From positions 5,824,001 to 5,888,000 of the forward strand of contig OY761158.1 of assembly GCA_963664405.1 (NCBI GenBank): 64,000 nt of DNA, in the 5' to 3' direction. The position numbers were made by a program, and so were the translations under genes. A model generated the notes under the pieces. It did no database searches, was not told the DNA's origin, and saw nothing but the letters and a program-made list of their open reading frames with translations. Below are positions 1-9,115 of the stretch, piece by piece; the first letter of the stretch is position 1, and every line of letters begins with the position of its first letter. Origin of the DNA: Thermoanaerobaculia bacterium. GTDB taxonomy: Bacteria > Acidobacteriota > Thermoanaerobaculia > Multivoradales > Multivoraceae.

Positions 1-379
1 CTTCCCCATCGGATCCGAGGCTGCGCGCGGTTGTTACCCCGAAGCGCAGCTGGGACAGAAAGGCGTGGGTGAACCCCTCCTCTCCGTCTCGATAGTGGCA
101 GTGGAGGTCGACGAGACCAGGGATGACCACTTTGCCCTCACCTTCGACGATCACCGCGTCCGCCGGAACCGCGGTGTCGGAGCGAGTACCGACGCTCTCG
201 ATGCGATCGCCGCGGATGACGATGACCGAGTCTTCGATCGGATCGGAGCCGGTGCCGTCGATCAGGGTCGCCCCGGTGATGGCGATGGGTGGCGAGCCGA
301 CTTCGACCGCCGCAGGCGTCTCGCCGCAGGCGATCAAGCACAAAACCGGGACGATGAAACAGAGGCGCTGGCTGCGCAT
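1..379 (-). CDS. Amidohydrolase-family lipoprotein, 5' part (runs off the left edge; not in ORF track)
   Basis: Manual translation from ATG at 379: MRSQRLCFIVPVLCLIAC-GETPAAVEVGSPPIAITGATLIDGTGSDPIEDSVIVIRGDRIESVG...GKVVIPGLVDLHCHY...FGVTTARSLG. Shows the PGLxDxHxH metal motif, GVTT motif and a lipobox LIAC. Confidence 0.85.
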   Translation of the reverse strand, partial: MRSQRLCFIVPVLCLIACGETPAAVEVGSPPIAITGATLIDGTGSDPIEDSVIVIRGDRIESVGTRSDTAVPADAVIVEGEGKVVIPGLVDLHCHYRDGEEGFTHAFLSQLRFGVTTARSLGSDGE

Positions 380-469
380 ACCCGACCCCCCCTTAGGATT
401 GGCGTCTAGTCTAGTCGAAGGACACCTGTAACAATGGGTTGATCTGAAGCAGGGTCGAGGGAGAATTCA

Positions 470-2539
470 GTGCACCACTTCCATCGCGCACCGAAGACCC
501 GATGTCGGCGCATCGTGGTGGCGGCAGTGGCCGCCGGTGCGTGGGCTGCCTGTGGCTTCGGCCAGCAAGGAGCCGTCGATGGCGAGTGGCGCCACCATGG
601 CGGCGACCATGGCTTCACTCGCTACTCGCCGCTGAGCCAGATCGACGCCGGGAACTTCGAGCAGCTCGAAGTGGCTTGGCGCTGGGGGTCTGCAGACGAC
701 CGCGTCGAGGACAGGATCCGGTCGGAACGGGCCGCAGCCTCGTCGCAATCGGCTGCGGGGAGATTGAGCTACGAGGACGCGCCGGCCGCCATGCTGAGGA
801 GACCCTTCCCGCGGACCTACTTCCGAGGCTCCCCGCTGATGATCAAGGGCCGGATCTACGTGCCGACCGAGCTCAGCCAGGTCGCGGCCCTCGACGCCGG
901 CAGCGGTGAGGAGTTCTGGGTCTACGACCCGAAGAGCTACGAGCGGCCGAGACCAGGGCTCGAGAATAATTTCACTCGTGGACTCGAGTACTGGACCGAC
1001 GGAGTCAAAGAGCGCATTCTCATCGCCACGCCCTCGAAACAACTGGTGTCGATCGACCTGGGGACGGGGCTCCCCGACCCCGACTTCGGCGAAGAAGGCA
1101 TGGTCGATCTGTCGCGAGATCTGGGGCGAGAGAACATCAACCTGCGCCACATCAGCCACGGCGCGCCGGGGATCGTGGTCGGTGACACCTATGTCATCGG
1201 GTCTCGGATCTACGATTTCCCGCTGCGCAACAACAATCCGCCGGGCCACGTGCGGGCTTACGATGTGCGCACGGGCGAGCTGCGATGGCGCTTCAACGTC
1301 ATCCCGCAAGAGGGCGAGGACTTCGTCGAGACCTGGGAGAACGAGTCGTGGAAGAAGATGGGCAACGCCAACGTGTGGGCGCCGCTGACCGCCGATGACG
1401 AGCTCGGCTACGTCTATCTCGCTACCAGCACTCCGACCAGCGACTACTACGGCGGCGATCGCCGCGGCGACAATCTCTTCGCCGAGAGCCTGGTCTGTGT
1501 CGACGTGGCCACCGGCAAGCGGGTCTGGCACTTTCAGACCGTGCATCACGGGATCTGGGATTACGACATCGCCTCGGCTCCGAACCTGATCGACGTCGTC
1601 GTCGAGGGCAAGCTGGTCAAGGCCGTAGCGCAGGCGTCGAAAACGGCCTTCACCTATGTCTTCGACCGCGTGACGGGGAAGCCGCTGTGGCCGATCGAAG
1701 AGCGGCCTGTGGACTACAACACTACGGTCCCAGGCGAGAAACTGGCGAGAACGCAACCCTTTCCGACCAAGCCGCCCCCCTTCGACCGCCAGGGGTTCAC
1801 CGTCGACGATCTCATCGACTTCACGCCCGAGCTCCGCAAGGAGGCTCTAGAGATCGCTTCGCAGTACCGAATGGGACCGATGTTCACGCCCTTGATCCTC
1901 GGAGGTGAAGGGGGCAAGTTGGCAACGATCTTCTTGCCGGGGGCCGGTGGAGGAGCCGGCCATGCGGGGTCTTCGGTCGATCCGGCGACCGGTTTCTTCT
2001 ACGTGATGTCGAGGACGGTGCCGACGGCGATGGCTCTGGTCGAGCCGGACCCGGCGCGGACAGAGTGGAGGTACGTGCGCGATCGAGTACCCCTCGAAGG
2101 GCCGCGCGGGCTGCCGCTGACCAAGCCGCCGTATCGGCGCATCACAGCGATCGACTTGAAAACGGGAGAGCAAGCCTGGCAGGTCCCCCTCGGCGAGGGC
2201 CCGACCAACCACCCGGCGATCAAGCATCTCGATCTCGGACCTCTGGGCAGTCACCCGGTCGGCCGCGAAGATGCCGATGGGCTTCTCGTCACTCGAACTT
2301 TGCTCATCACTTCGATCATGCGGGCCGAGGATGAGCGAGAGCGCGGCATCAAGGGGAACTATCTCCAGGCCTTCGACAAGGCTACGGGGAAGCTCCTGGC
2401 CCAGATCGAGGCCGACCCGCGCCTCCACGGCGTGCCCGCGACCTATCTGCACGGAGGCCGTCAGTACATCGTGATCGCGGCGGGCGGGGTGACCGAGAAG
2501 GCGGAGCTTATGGCGTTTGCTCTGCCCGAGGTCCGCTGA
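470..2539 (+). CDS. PQQ-dependent dehydrogenase (glucose/quinate dehydrogenase-like, exported)
   Basis: TRYSPLSQI, RGLEYW, PGHVRAYDVRTG, WHFQTVHHGIWDYD, QPFPTKPPPF and C-terminal YLHGGRQYIVIAAGG motifs; N-terminal signal peptide. Confidence 0.9.
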   Translation: MHHFHRAPKTRCRRIVVAAVAAGAWAACGFGQQGAVDGEWRHHGGDHGFTRYSPLSQIDAGNFEQLEVAWRWGSADDRVEDRIRSERAAASSQSAAGRLSYEDAPAAMLRRPFPRTYFRGSPLMIKGRIYVPTELSQVAALDAGSGEEFWVYDPKSYERPRPGLENNFTRGLEYWTDGVKERILIATPSKQLVSIDLGTGLPDPDFGEEGMVDLSRDLGRENINLRHISHGAPGIVVGDTYVIGSRIYDFPLRNNNPPGHVRAYDVRTGELRWRFNVIPQEGEDFVETWENESWKKMGNANVWAPLTADDELGYVYLATSTPTSDYYGGDRRGDNLFAESLVCVDVATGKRVWHFQTVHHGIWDYDIASAPNLIDVVVEGKLVKAVAQASKTAFTYVFDRVTGKPLWPIEERPVDYNTTVPGEKLARTQPFPTKPPPFDRQGFTVDDLIDFTPELRKEALEIASQYRMGPMFTPLILGGEGGKLATIFLPGAGGGAGHAGSSVDPATGFFYVMSRTVPTAMALVEPDPARTEWRYVRDRVPLEGPRGLPLTKPPYRRITAIDLKTGEQAWQVPLGEGPTNHPAIKHLDLGPLGSHPVGREDADGLLVTRTLLITSIMRAEDERERGIKGNYLQAFDKATGKLLAQIEADPRLHGVPATYLHGGRQYIVIAAGGVTEKAELMAFALPEVR

Positions 2540-2618
2540 GCACAACGACCCCCAAGGGCGGAACCAGCGCGATAGCATTGCTGGCACCGAAAGGAAGCCT
2601 TATACCTTCGCTCGCGTC

Positions 2619-5600
2619 ATGGTTCTAGACTCAGGCACTCGCCTGGCCAGCTACGAGATCCTCTCCGCTCTCGGAGCGGGAGGTATGGGAGAGGTCTATC
2701 GGGCCCGCGATACCAAGCTCGGACGCGAGGTTGCGATCAAGGTGCTGCCCGAGGAGGTGGCCCAGAATGCCGACCGGCTTGCGCGCTTCGAGCGTGAGGC
2801 TCGGGTTCTGGCATCGCTGAATCATCCTCATATCGTCACCATCTACTCCGTCGAGGCGGAAGACGGTGTCCGCTTCTTCACCATGGAGCTGGTCGAAGGC
2901 CGAACGCTGGCGGACCATCTGGTCGGGGGCCCGCTGGCCGTCGATCAGTGCTTCGAGCACGGCGTGGCGATCGCCGACGCACTGAGCGCAGCCCACCGCC
3001 GCGGGGTGACCCATCGCGATCTGAAGCCCGGCAACATCATGGTCAACGACGAAGGCTGGCTCAAAGTGCTCGACTTTGGCCTGGCGAAGGCGGGCGCTCC
3101 CAACCGAGGCGCAGAGGGCAGTGATGCCTCCACCGATACGCTGACCGAAGCCGGCAAAGTGCTCGGCACCGTCCCCTACATGTCGCCCGAGCAACTCCAT
3201 GGTCGTCCGGTCGAGCCGCCCTCGGACGTTTTCTCCCTCGGCGTCGTGCTCTATGAGATGGCCACCGGCAGCAGGCCCTTCCGCGGCAGCAGCCAGGCCG
3301 AGCTGGTCTCTTCGATTCTTCGAGATACGCCCGGCAGGCCGAGCGAGTTGCGCTCGAGCCTGCCGGTGAGCGTCGACGGTCTCGTGCTGCGATGCCTGCA
3401 GAAGGAGCCTGGCCAGCGCTACGAAACGGCCACCGAATTGCTCCAAGAGCTGCGCCGACTCCAAGAAGATTCGAGGTCGAGCGCGGGCCCGCGCTCCCTG
3501 AGCGGTTCGGACGAGATCCAGGCGATCCGGCAGGCCTATCGGACTCCGATGATCGGTCGCGATGCCGAGGCCGCGGAGCTGCGCCAGTTCCTAAGCCGCG
3601 CCAAGGAAGGGGAAGGGGCCCTGGTCAGCCTGACCGGGGAGCCCGGGGTGGGAAAGAGCCGTCTGGCGTGGGATCTCATCGAGGGTGCCCGCGAGGAAGG
3701 ATTCTTCACCCTGGTCGGCAACTGCTACGAGGGCGAGGGAATGGCGGCCTTCACGCCGTGGGTGGAAGTGCTCGAGACCTCGGCCAGGCGCGCCGACCCC
3801 GAGGTTCTGCGTGAGCTGCTCGGCGATGCGGCTCCGGAGCTGGCCCGGCTGCTGCCGGAGCTGCGCCGCCTCTTCCCCGACATGCCGCAGCCTCTCGAGC
3901 TGCCGGCCGAAGAAGCCCGCCGCTACCTCTTCCGCAGCTTCTGCGAGTTCGTGGCCCGGTCGAGCCGATTGCAGCCGCTGCTCATTGTGCTCGAGGACGT
4001 GCACTGGTCCGACGAGCCCAGCCTGATGCTGCTGCAGCACCTGGCGCAACAGGTCGACCAGATGGCGGTGCTGGTGATTGCGACCTATCGCGAGGTCGAG
4101 CTCGACGTGTATCGCCCGCTGGCCGGTGCCCTGCGCGAGCTGGTGCGCAGCCGGTTGGTGCACCGTATCGTTCTGCGCCGCTTGGGCGAGGAGGGGGTGG
4201 CCGGCATCCTCGAGTCTCTCAGCGGTCGCAAGCCGCCCACGGCGCTGATCAGGGCGGTGTACGAGGAGACCGAGGGCAATCCCTTCTTCGTCGAGGAGGT
4301 CTATGCGCATCTAGACGAAGAGAGCCGGCTCTTCGAGGACAGCGGCGAGTGGCGCCAGGACCTCACCCTGGAGGCCCTCGACGTCCCAGAGGGCGTGCGT
4401 CTGGTGGTGGGTCGCCGCCTCGAGCGTCTCGATGACGACGGCCGCAGGGTGCTGACCGCGGCAGCGGTACTCGGTCGTCGCTTCAACTACTCGATCCTCG
4501 AGGAGGTGGTCGGAATCGAGGCCGACGAGCTGCTGAATGGGATCGAGCAGGCGGAGACCCTGCACCTGGTCGAAGCGGAGAGCTCGTCGAGCTCGCGAGA
4601 GGCGCGCTACCACTTCTCGCACGAGCTGATCCGACAAACCTTGTTGCAGGGCCTCTCTTTACCGCGCCGACAGCGCTTGCATCTGCGCATCGCCGAGGTA
4701 CTCGAGGCCAGGCCAGACGCGCAGAAGCGAGCCTCCGCCCTGGCCCATCACCTCTACGAGGCCGGAGCCGCCGCGGACGCTGAGATGACGGTTCGATACC
4801 TGATCCTGGCCGCGGGCGAGGCGATCGAGACAGCGGCCTTCGAGGAGGCGCTGGGCCGGCTCGACCTGGCGATTGACCTGGTCGAAGAGGGCGAGGAGGA
4901 GCGCTGGGCCGAGATCCATCGACTGCGCGGGCTGGCGCACCGCAACCTCGGTGAACTGGAAGAAGCCGTCGACGAATTTGAGGGGGCGTTGGAGATCTAC
5001 CTGCGACGGAAGATGGGCCGTGAAGGTGTCGAGATCGTCCATGATCTCACCTGGCTTTATGGGTGGTCCGCCAGGTTGGAAGCGGCCGACCGGACCGTTC
5101 AGCGAGTCCTCGATGCGCTGCAGCCCGATGGGGCCGACCGTTGCCTCGTGCTGGCGGAAGCTGCGATGGTGACCGCAATCGCGGGAAGACTGAAAGTAGC
5201 CGCTGCCCATGCCGAGGAGGCCGAGGCCCTGTTGGAGCTGGTCGATGACGATGCGATTCGGGCCCGCGTGGCAGTCTGCCTCTACATGCCTGTGCACGCC
5301 AGCGCACGATTTCACGAGGCCGGGCCAGTGGGCACTCGCGCTGCTTCTCTGTTGGAGAGTGCCGGCCTGCTGTGGGATCTGTGCAGTCTCCTGCAGTGGT
5401 TCGGAGAAGCGCATTGTTGGGCTGGTGACTGGCCTGCAGTTCTTGCTAGCGTCAAAGAAGCACGGCCGATAGCCGAGCGATTTGGGCATTGGGAAGTGCT
5501 TCGTTCGCTGAACGAGTTTCAATTGTGGGCAGAGTGGGCCACGAGGGCGGATCGGCAGCGGTTACTGCAGCTGGTCGAGACTGACGTAGCGCTCAGCACC

Positions 5601-6275
5601 GAGCGGCAGCTCGGTTACGGGTGCTTTGCTCTTCACTGGCGCAGCGCGGCTCACCTGTGGACGGGGAACCTCGAGCAGGCGCTCGCCGACGCGGAAGAGG
5701 GAGCGGAGCGGGAGGTCGTGGAAGTGTTTATGTACCCGCTCATCCAGGGCCTGCTCATGCTGTGCCGGGCCTGGGCCGGTGACAGAGACGGGGCTCTCTC
5801 GGTCCTGGAACGGCTTCGGGACCACCTTCCCACAGCCGGAGGACTGAGCTCGACCGGCTCACGCGTGTTCGGTTGCTACGCCGTCGAGGCGCTTGCGCTT
5901 CTCGGTGAGGTCGACGAGGCGGCGAGCCTATACCCAGCCCTCCTCCATTCTCGGACCATCGGCCTTCGAGTGAGTCCTTGCCAACTTCTCGAGACGCTGC
6001 TTGGCGTCTCCGCCGCCTGCGCACGACAGTGGGAGCAAGCCGAGGAGCACTTCGAGGCTGCTCGGAAGCAGGCGGATGAGCTCCCCCACATCCCGTGTGC
6101 CGCTGAGACCCGGCGCTGGCAGGCCTGGGCTCTTCTCGAGCGTGGCGAGGCGGGCGACCGCAAGCGGGCTCACGCCCTCTTGGAAGACGCGATCGAGCGC
6201 TATCGCGAGATCGGCATGCCGATGCACGAAGCGCGCGCTCGGGAGCTCGTGTCGGATCAACGGCCGGCTCCATGA
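2619..6275 (+). CDS. Ser/Thr protein kinase fused to AAA+/STAND-type NTPase and TPR-like repeats
   Basis: GAGGMGEVY, VAIKVL, HRDLKPGN, DFGLAK, GTVPYMSPE; Walker A GEPGVGKS; Walker B-like LIVLEDVHW; GNPFFVEE; helical C-terminus. ATG 2619 preferred to the 2517 start that overlaps the upstream gene. Confidence 0.9.
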   Translation: MVLDSGTRLASYEILSALGAGGMGEVYRARDTKLGREVAIKVLPEEVAQNADRLARFEREARVLASLNHPHIVTIYSVEAEDGVRFFTMELVEGRTLADHLVGGPLAVDQCFEHGVAIADALSAAHRRGVTHRDLKPGNIMVNDEGWLKVLDFGLAKAGAPNRGAEGSDASTDTLTEAGKVLGTVPYMSPEQLHGRPVEPPSDVFSLGVVLYEMATGSRPFRGSSQAELVSSILRDTPGRPSELRSSLPVSVDGLVLRCLQKEPGQRYETATELLQELRRLQEDSRSSAGPRSLSGSDEIQAIRQAYRTPMIGRDAEAAELRQFLSRAKEGEGALVSLTGEPGVGKSRLAWDLIEGAREEGFFTLVGNCYEGEGMAAFTPWVEVLETSARRADPEVLRELLGDAAPELARLLPELRRLFPDMPQPLELPAEEARRYLFRSFCEFVARSSRLQPLLIVLEDVHWSDEPSLMLLQHLAQQVDQMAVLVIATYREVELDVYRPLAGALRELVRSRLVHRIVLRRLGEEGVAGILESLSGRKPPTALIRAVYEETEGNPFFVEEVYAHLDEESRLFEDSGEWRQDLTLEALDVPEGVRLVVGRRLERLDDDGRRVLTAAAVLGRRFNYSILEEVVGIEADELLNGIEQAETLHLVEAESSSSSREARYHFSHELIRQTLLQGLSLPRRQRLHLRIAEVLEARPDAQKRASALAHHLYEAGAAADAEMTVRYLILAAGEAIETAAFEEALGRLDLAIDLVEEGEEERWAEIHRLRGLAHRNLGELEEAVDEFEGALEIYLRRKMGREGVEIVHDLTWLYGWSARLEAADRTVQRVLDALQPDGADRCLVLAEAAMVTAIAGRLKVAAAHAEEAEALLELVDDDAIRARVAVCLYMPVHASARFHEAGPVGTRAASLLESAGLLWDLCSLLQWFGEAHCWAGDWPAVLASVKEARPIAERFGHWEVLRSLNEFQLWAEWATRADRQRLLQLVETDVALSTERQLGYGCFALHWRSAAHLWTGNLEQALADAEEGAEREVVEVFMYPLIQGLLMLCRAWAGDRDGALSVLERLRDHLPTAGGLSSTGSRVFGCYAVEALALLGEVDEAASLYPALLHSRTIGLRVSPCQLLETLLGVSAACARQWEQAEEHFEAARKQADELPHIPCAAETRRWQAWALLERGEAGDRKRAHALLEDAIERYREIGMPMHEARARELVSDQRPAP

Positions 6276-6356
6276 GCAGGCCGTCACGGTGAACAGACCT
6301 GACGTACTTTGAGCTAGGGCGCGGACATCTCCTTCTCGATCAGATGCCCGCGGTCG

Positions 6357-7478
6357 TCAGCGCTCGGTCTCCTGGAACGACTCCTGCTCCAGCAAGCGCG
6401 CACCGCGCAGTACGTTCCCCATTGTGTAGTTGCCTGCGTGACAGGCGTACTCGTAGAGATGTTCGTCGATCCGCGGCCATGGGAACGAGCCGGTGTAGGG
6501 GGCCCTGCGATCGGGGTCCTCGACCGTGAACTCGTAGAACAGAGTGTCGGAGTCCAGCTGTCGGAAGCGCTCGACGAGGCGCAGTCCTTCGTGGGGCGCG
6601 CCAGGCTCTCGCTGGTAGTTGCCCGTGCTGCGGATGAAGCCTGTGGTCTCGATCACCAGGGTGTCGCCCTCCCACCAGCCGATCGAGTCGCCGGCGAAAG
6701 AGCGCACTTCGGCGGGCGGATGCTCGGGGGGGCGCCCCTCGGCGCCGAGTCGGACGATGCGAGCCCAGTGGAACCACTCGGTCAAGATCACGACGTGGGT
6801 CTCGGTTTGGGTGATGGTGTTCACGGAGTTGTATCCGCCGGGCATTACCGGCGCGATCCGTCCCGAGTTGTAGATGCAGCGGGTACCGAGAGACTGCAGC
6901 TCCGGATGGTCGAAGATCAGATGCTCCCCATCGGACTTGGCCAGTAGCTCTCCTTTGTTGCCGACCGGCTCCGCCTCGAGCCACCAGGCGCCCTCAGGAT
7001 CCCGTGGCCCCTGATAGTCGCTGAATTTGAAAGGCGCCTGATGCTTCTTACCCGCTTCGGTTAGCGGTGGCAAGCGGCCGTCAGGTGGGTCGGTGAGGAT
7101 CGAGGTCCGGTACTCTCCGTCGACGGCAAAGGGCATCGTGCCGCGGTCGAAAAACTGGCGGCCGTGTCCACCGACGTTACTCTGGTGGTCTGGAGTGCCT
7201 CCGGGAGGCGGTGCGGCACGATCCGGATCGAGGGGGCTGTTTTCCCTGGCCACAGTCGCCGCCGCTGCTTCCCCGACTTCTCCTGCCTCCTCGGCGCTCA
7301 TGAAGAGGCTGTTGCCGTACTTCGGGTCGCGCTGGTAAGGCGTCAGAGTCTTGACGTCGTAGGTACCGGAGAGGTCCGGTCTGCCACTTGGCATGCGCGG
7401 AGTGCCCTTCTCCGCAGCCAGGCTCGGTAGGCAGATGAGGCCGAGAGTGAGAGTGAGGCTGAAAATAGGGTTCTTCAT
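6357..7478 (-). CDS. Secreted hypothetical protein (PDLSG...GDSIGWWEGDTLV...YEYACHxGNY family), copy 1
   Basis: Signal peptide; motif blocks shared with 19516-20586 and 29411-30481. Confidence 0.8.
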   Translation of the reverse strand: MKNPIFSLTLTLGLICLPSLAAEKGTPRMPSGRPDLSGTYDVKTLTPYQRDPKYGNSLFMSAEEAGEVGEAAAATVARENSPLDPDRAAPPPGGTPDHQSNVGGHGRQFFDRGTMPFAVDGEYRTSILTDPPDGRLPPLTEAGKKHQAPFKFSDYQGPRDPEGAWWLEAEPVGNKGELLAKSDGEHLIFDHPELQSLGTRCIYNSGRIAPVMPGGYNSVNTITQTETHVVILTEWFHWARIVRLGAEGRPPEHPPAEVRSFAGDSIGWWEGDTLVIETTGFIRSTGNYQREPGAPHEGLRLVERFRQLDSDTLFYEFTVEDPDRRAPYTGSFPWPRIDEHLYEYACHAGNYTMGNVLRGARLLEQESFQETER

Positions 7479-7496
7479 TCTGAGGCTCCTGATCGC

Positions 7497-9026
7497 TCAA
7501 CTATCGGGATACTGCCATCTCGGGGGCGGCTCGAAGCCCTCCTGGCCAACGCGGAACGGCGGCACGGGGTTCGGCGGCTGCAGGGAGCGAAAAGCGATGG
7601 CTTTCTCCAGCAGCCGGGCCACCTGCTCGGGATTTTCGGCGGCGAGGTCATGCTCTTCGTAGGGATCTTCGTCGATGCGAAAGAGCAGTTTCCGAGAGGT
7701 TTCTGCGGAGCCCGGACGGGTGAGCGGCTGGCCGATCGTGACCAGCTTCCATTCCGGCTCGATCACCGCCACTTGCTCACGCTCGGGGTCGAGTTGGGCG
7801 ATGAAGGAGTATAGATCCCGGTCCAGAGTGGGATTGCTGCCGTCGAGCACCTTCGAGACGTCCGTGCCGTCGAGAGCCTTGCCACCATGGTCGCTGATGC
7901 CGGCGATTGCCATCAAGGTGGGCAATACGTCGATGTAGGACATCGGTGTCGAGATCGTCCCGCCACCCGTGACCTTTCCCCCCGGCCAGCGGGCCGCGGC
8001 GGCGACCCGGATGCCGCCTTCGAATACACTGCCCTTGGCGCCTCGGAACGCGCCGTTGTCGCTGACTGCGACCGAGCCGCCATTGTCGCTGAAGAAGAGC
8101 ACCAGCGTGTTGTCGGCGATCCCGTTCTCTTCCAGAGCCTGGAGGATACGTCCGATGCCGACATCGAGGGCGTGCACCGCCGAGCCGATGACTCGGCGAG
8201 TGTCACGCCGGCTTTCGACCGGGGGGAGAGGCCTGCCGGCCGTCGACTCCTCCCAGCTCCGCGGCTCTTCGAGCGCAGGTAGGTCGGCATATAGGGGCAG
8301 GTCTTCCTCTTTTGCCTCGATCGGGCCGTGCGGAGCATTGAAGGGGACATAGCAGAGGAAGGGTGTCGCGTCGTCGGCGTGGGCGTTGATGAAGCGCACC
8401 GCATATTCGGCGGTCAGGTCGGTGGCGTAGCCTTCTTCCTCGACGGTCTCGTAGTCGTGCCTCCAGTCGAGCTCGCCGTTGCGCAGGTGGCTGAAGTACT
8501 CGATTCCGCCGTTGAGGTGGCCCACGAACTCGGTGAAGCCGCGGCGCATCGGGTGATAACGGATCGAGGTGTGGCCGAGGTGCCACTTGCCGAAGATGCC
8601 CCGGTGCTCATAACCGGCCTTGGCCAAGATTTCGGGCATCGTGACCTCGCTGAGATCCATCCCGTAGTCACGCCACGGTGGAATGACCGCCCGCATAAGC
8701 CCGAAGCGAATGGGGTAGCGGCCGGTCATCAGTCCTGCGCGGGTGGGGGAGCAGACCGGGGCGGAGTAGAAGCGATCGAGGGTCACCCCCTCCTCTGCGA
8801 TGCGGTCGATATTGGGGGTCGCGATGTCGCCGCTTTCGAAACCGACGTCGTCGTGGCCGAGGTCGTCGGGGAGGAGAATGACGATGTTGGGGAGCCGTTC
8901 CTCGTCTGCTGTCGAGCCCGTATCCGTCGCCGGCGCCGAGGTCGCGACTTCGACCGGCGCAGGCGTCTCGCTGCAGGCGACCGAGAACAGAAACGGGACG
9001 ATGAAAAAGAGGCGCTGGCTGCGCAT
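7497..9026 (-). CDS. Arylsulfatase (Cys-type, lipoprotein)
   Basis: PNIVILLPDDLG, CSPTRAGLMTGRY, GKWHLG, SDNGG, EGGIRV; lipobox SVAC. Confidence 0.92.
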   Translation of the reverse strand: MRSQRLFFIVPFLFSVACSETPAPVEVATSAPATDTGSTADEERLPNIVILLPDDLGHDDVGFESGDIATPNIDRIAEEGVTLDRFYSAPVCSPTRAGLMTGRYPIRFGLMRAVIPPWRDYGMDLSEVTMPEILAKAGYEHRGIFGKWHLGHTSIRYHPMRRGFTEFVGHLNGGIEYFSHLRNGELDWRHDYETVEEEGYATDLTAEYAVRFINAHADDATPFLCYVPFNAPHGPIEAKEEDLPLYADLPALEEPRSWEESTAGRPLPPVESRRDTRRVIGSAVHALDVGIGRILQALEENGIADNTLVLFFSDNGGSVAVSDNGAFRGAKGSVFEGGIRVAAAARWPGGKVTGGGTISTPMSYIDVLPTLMAIAGISDHGGKALDGTDVSKVLDGSNPTLDRDLYSFIAQLDPEREQVAVIEPEWKLVTIGQPLTRPGSAETSRKLLFRIDEDPYEEHDLAAENPEQVARLLEKAIAFRSLQPPNPVPPFRVGQEGFEPPPRWQYPDS

Positions 9027-9115
9027 AACCGACCCCCTCGAGGATTGGCGTCTAGTCTAGTCGAAGGACACCTGTAACAATCGGCTGATCTGAAGCAGGG
9101 TCGAGGGAGAATTCA

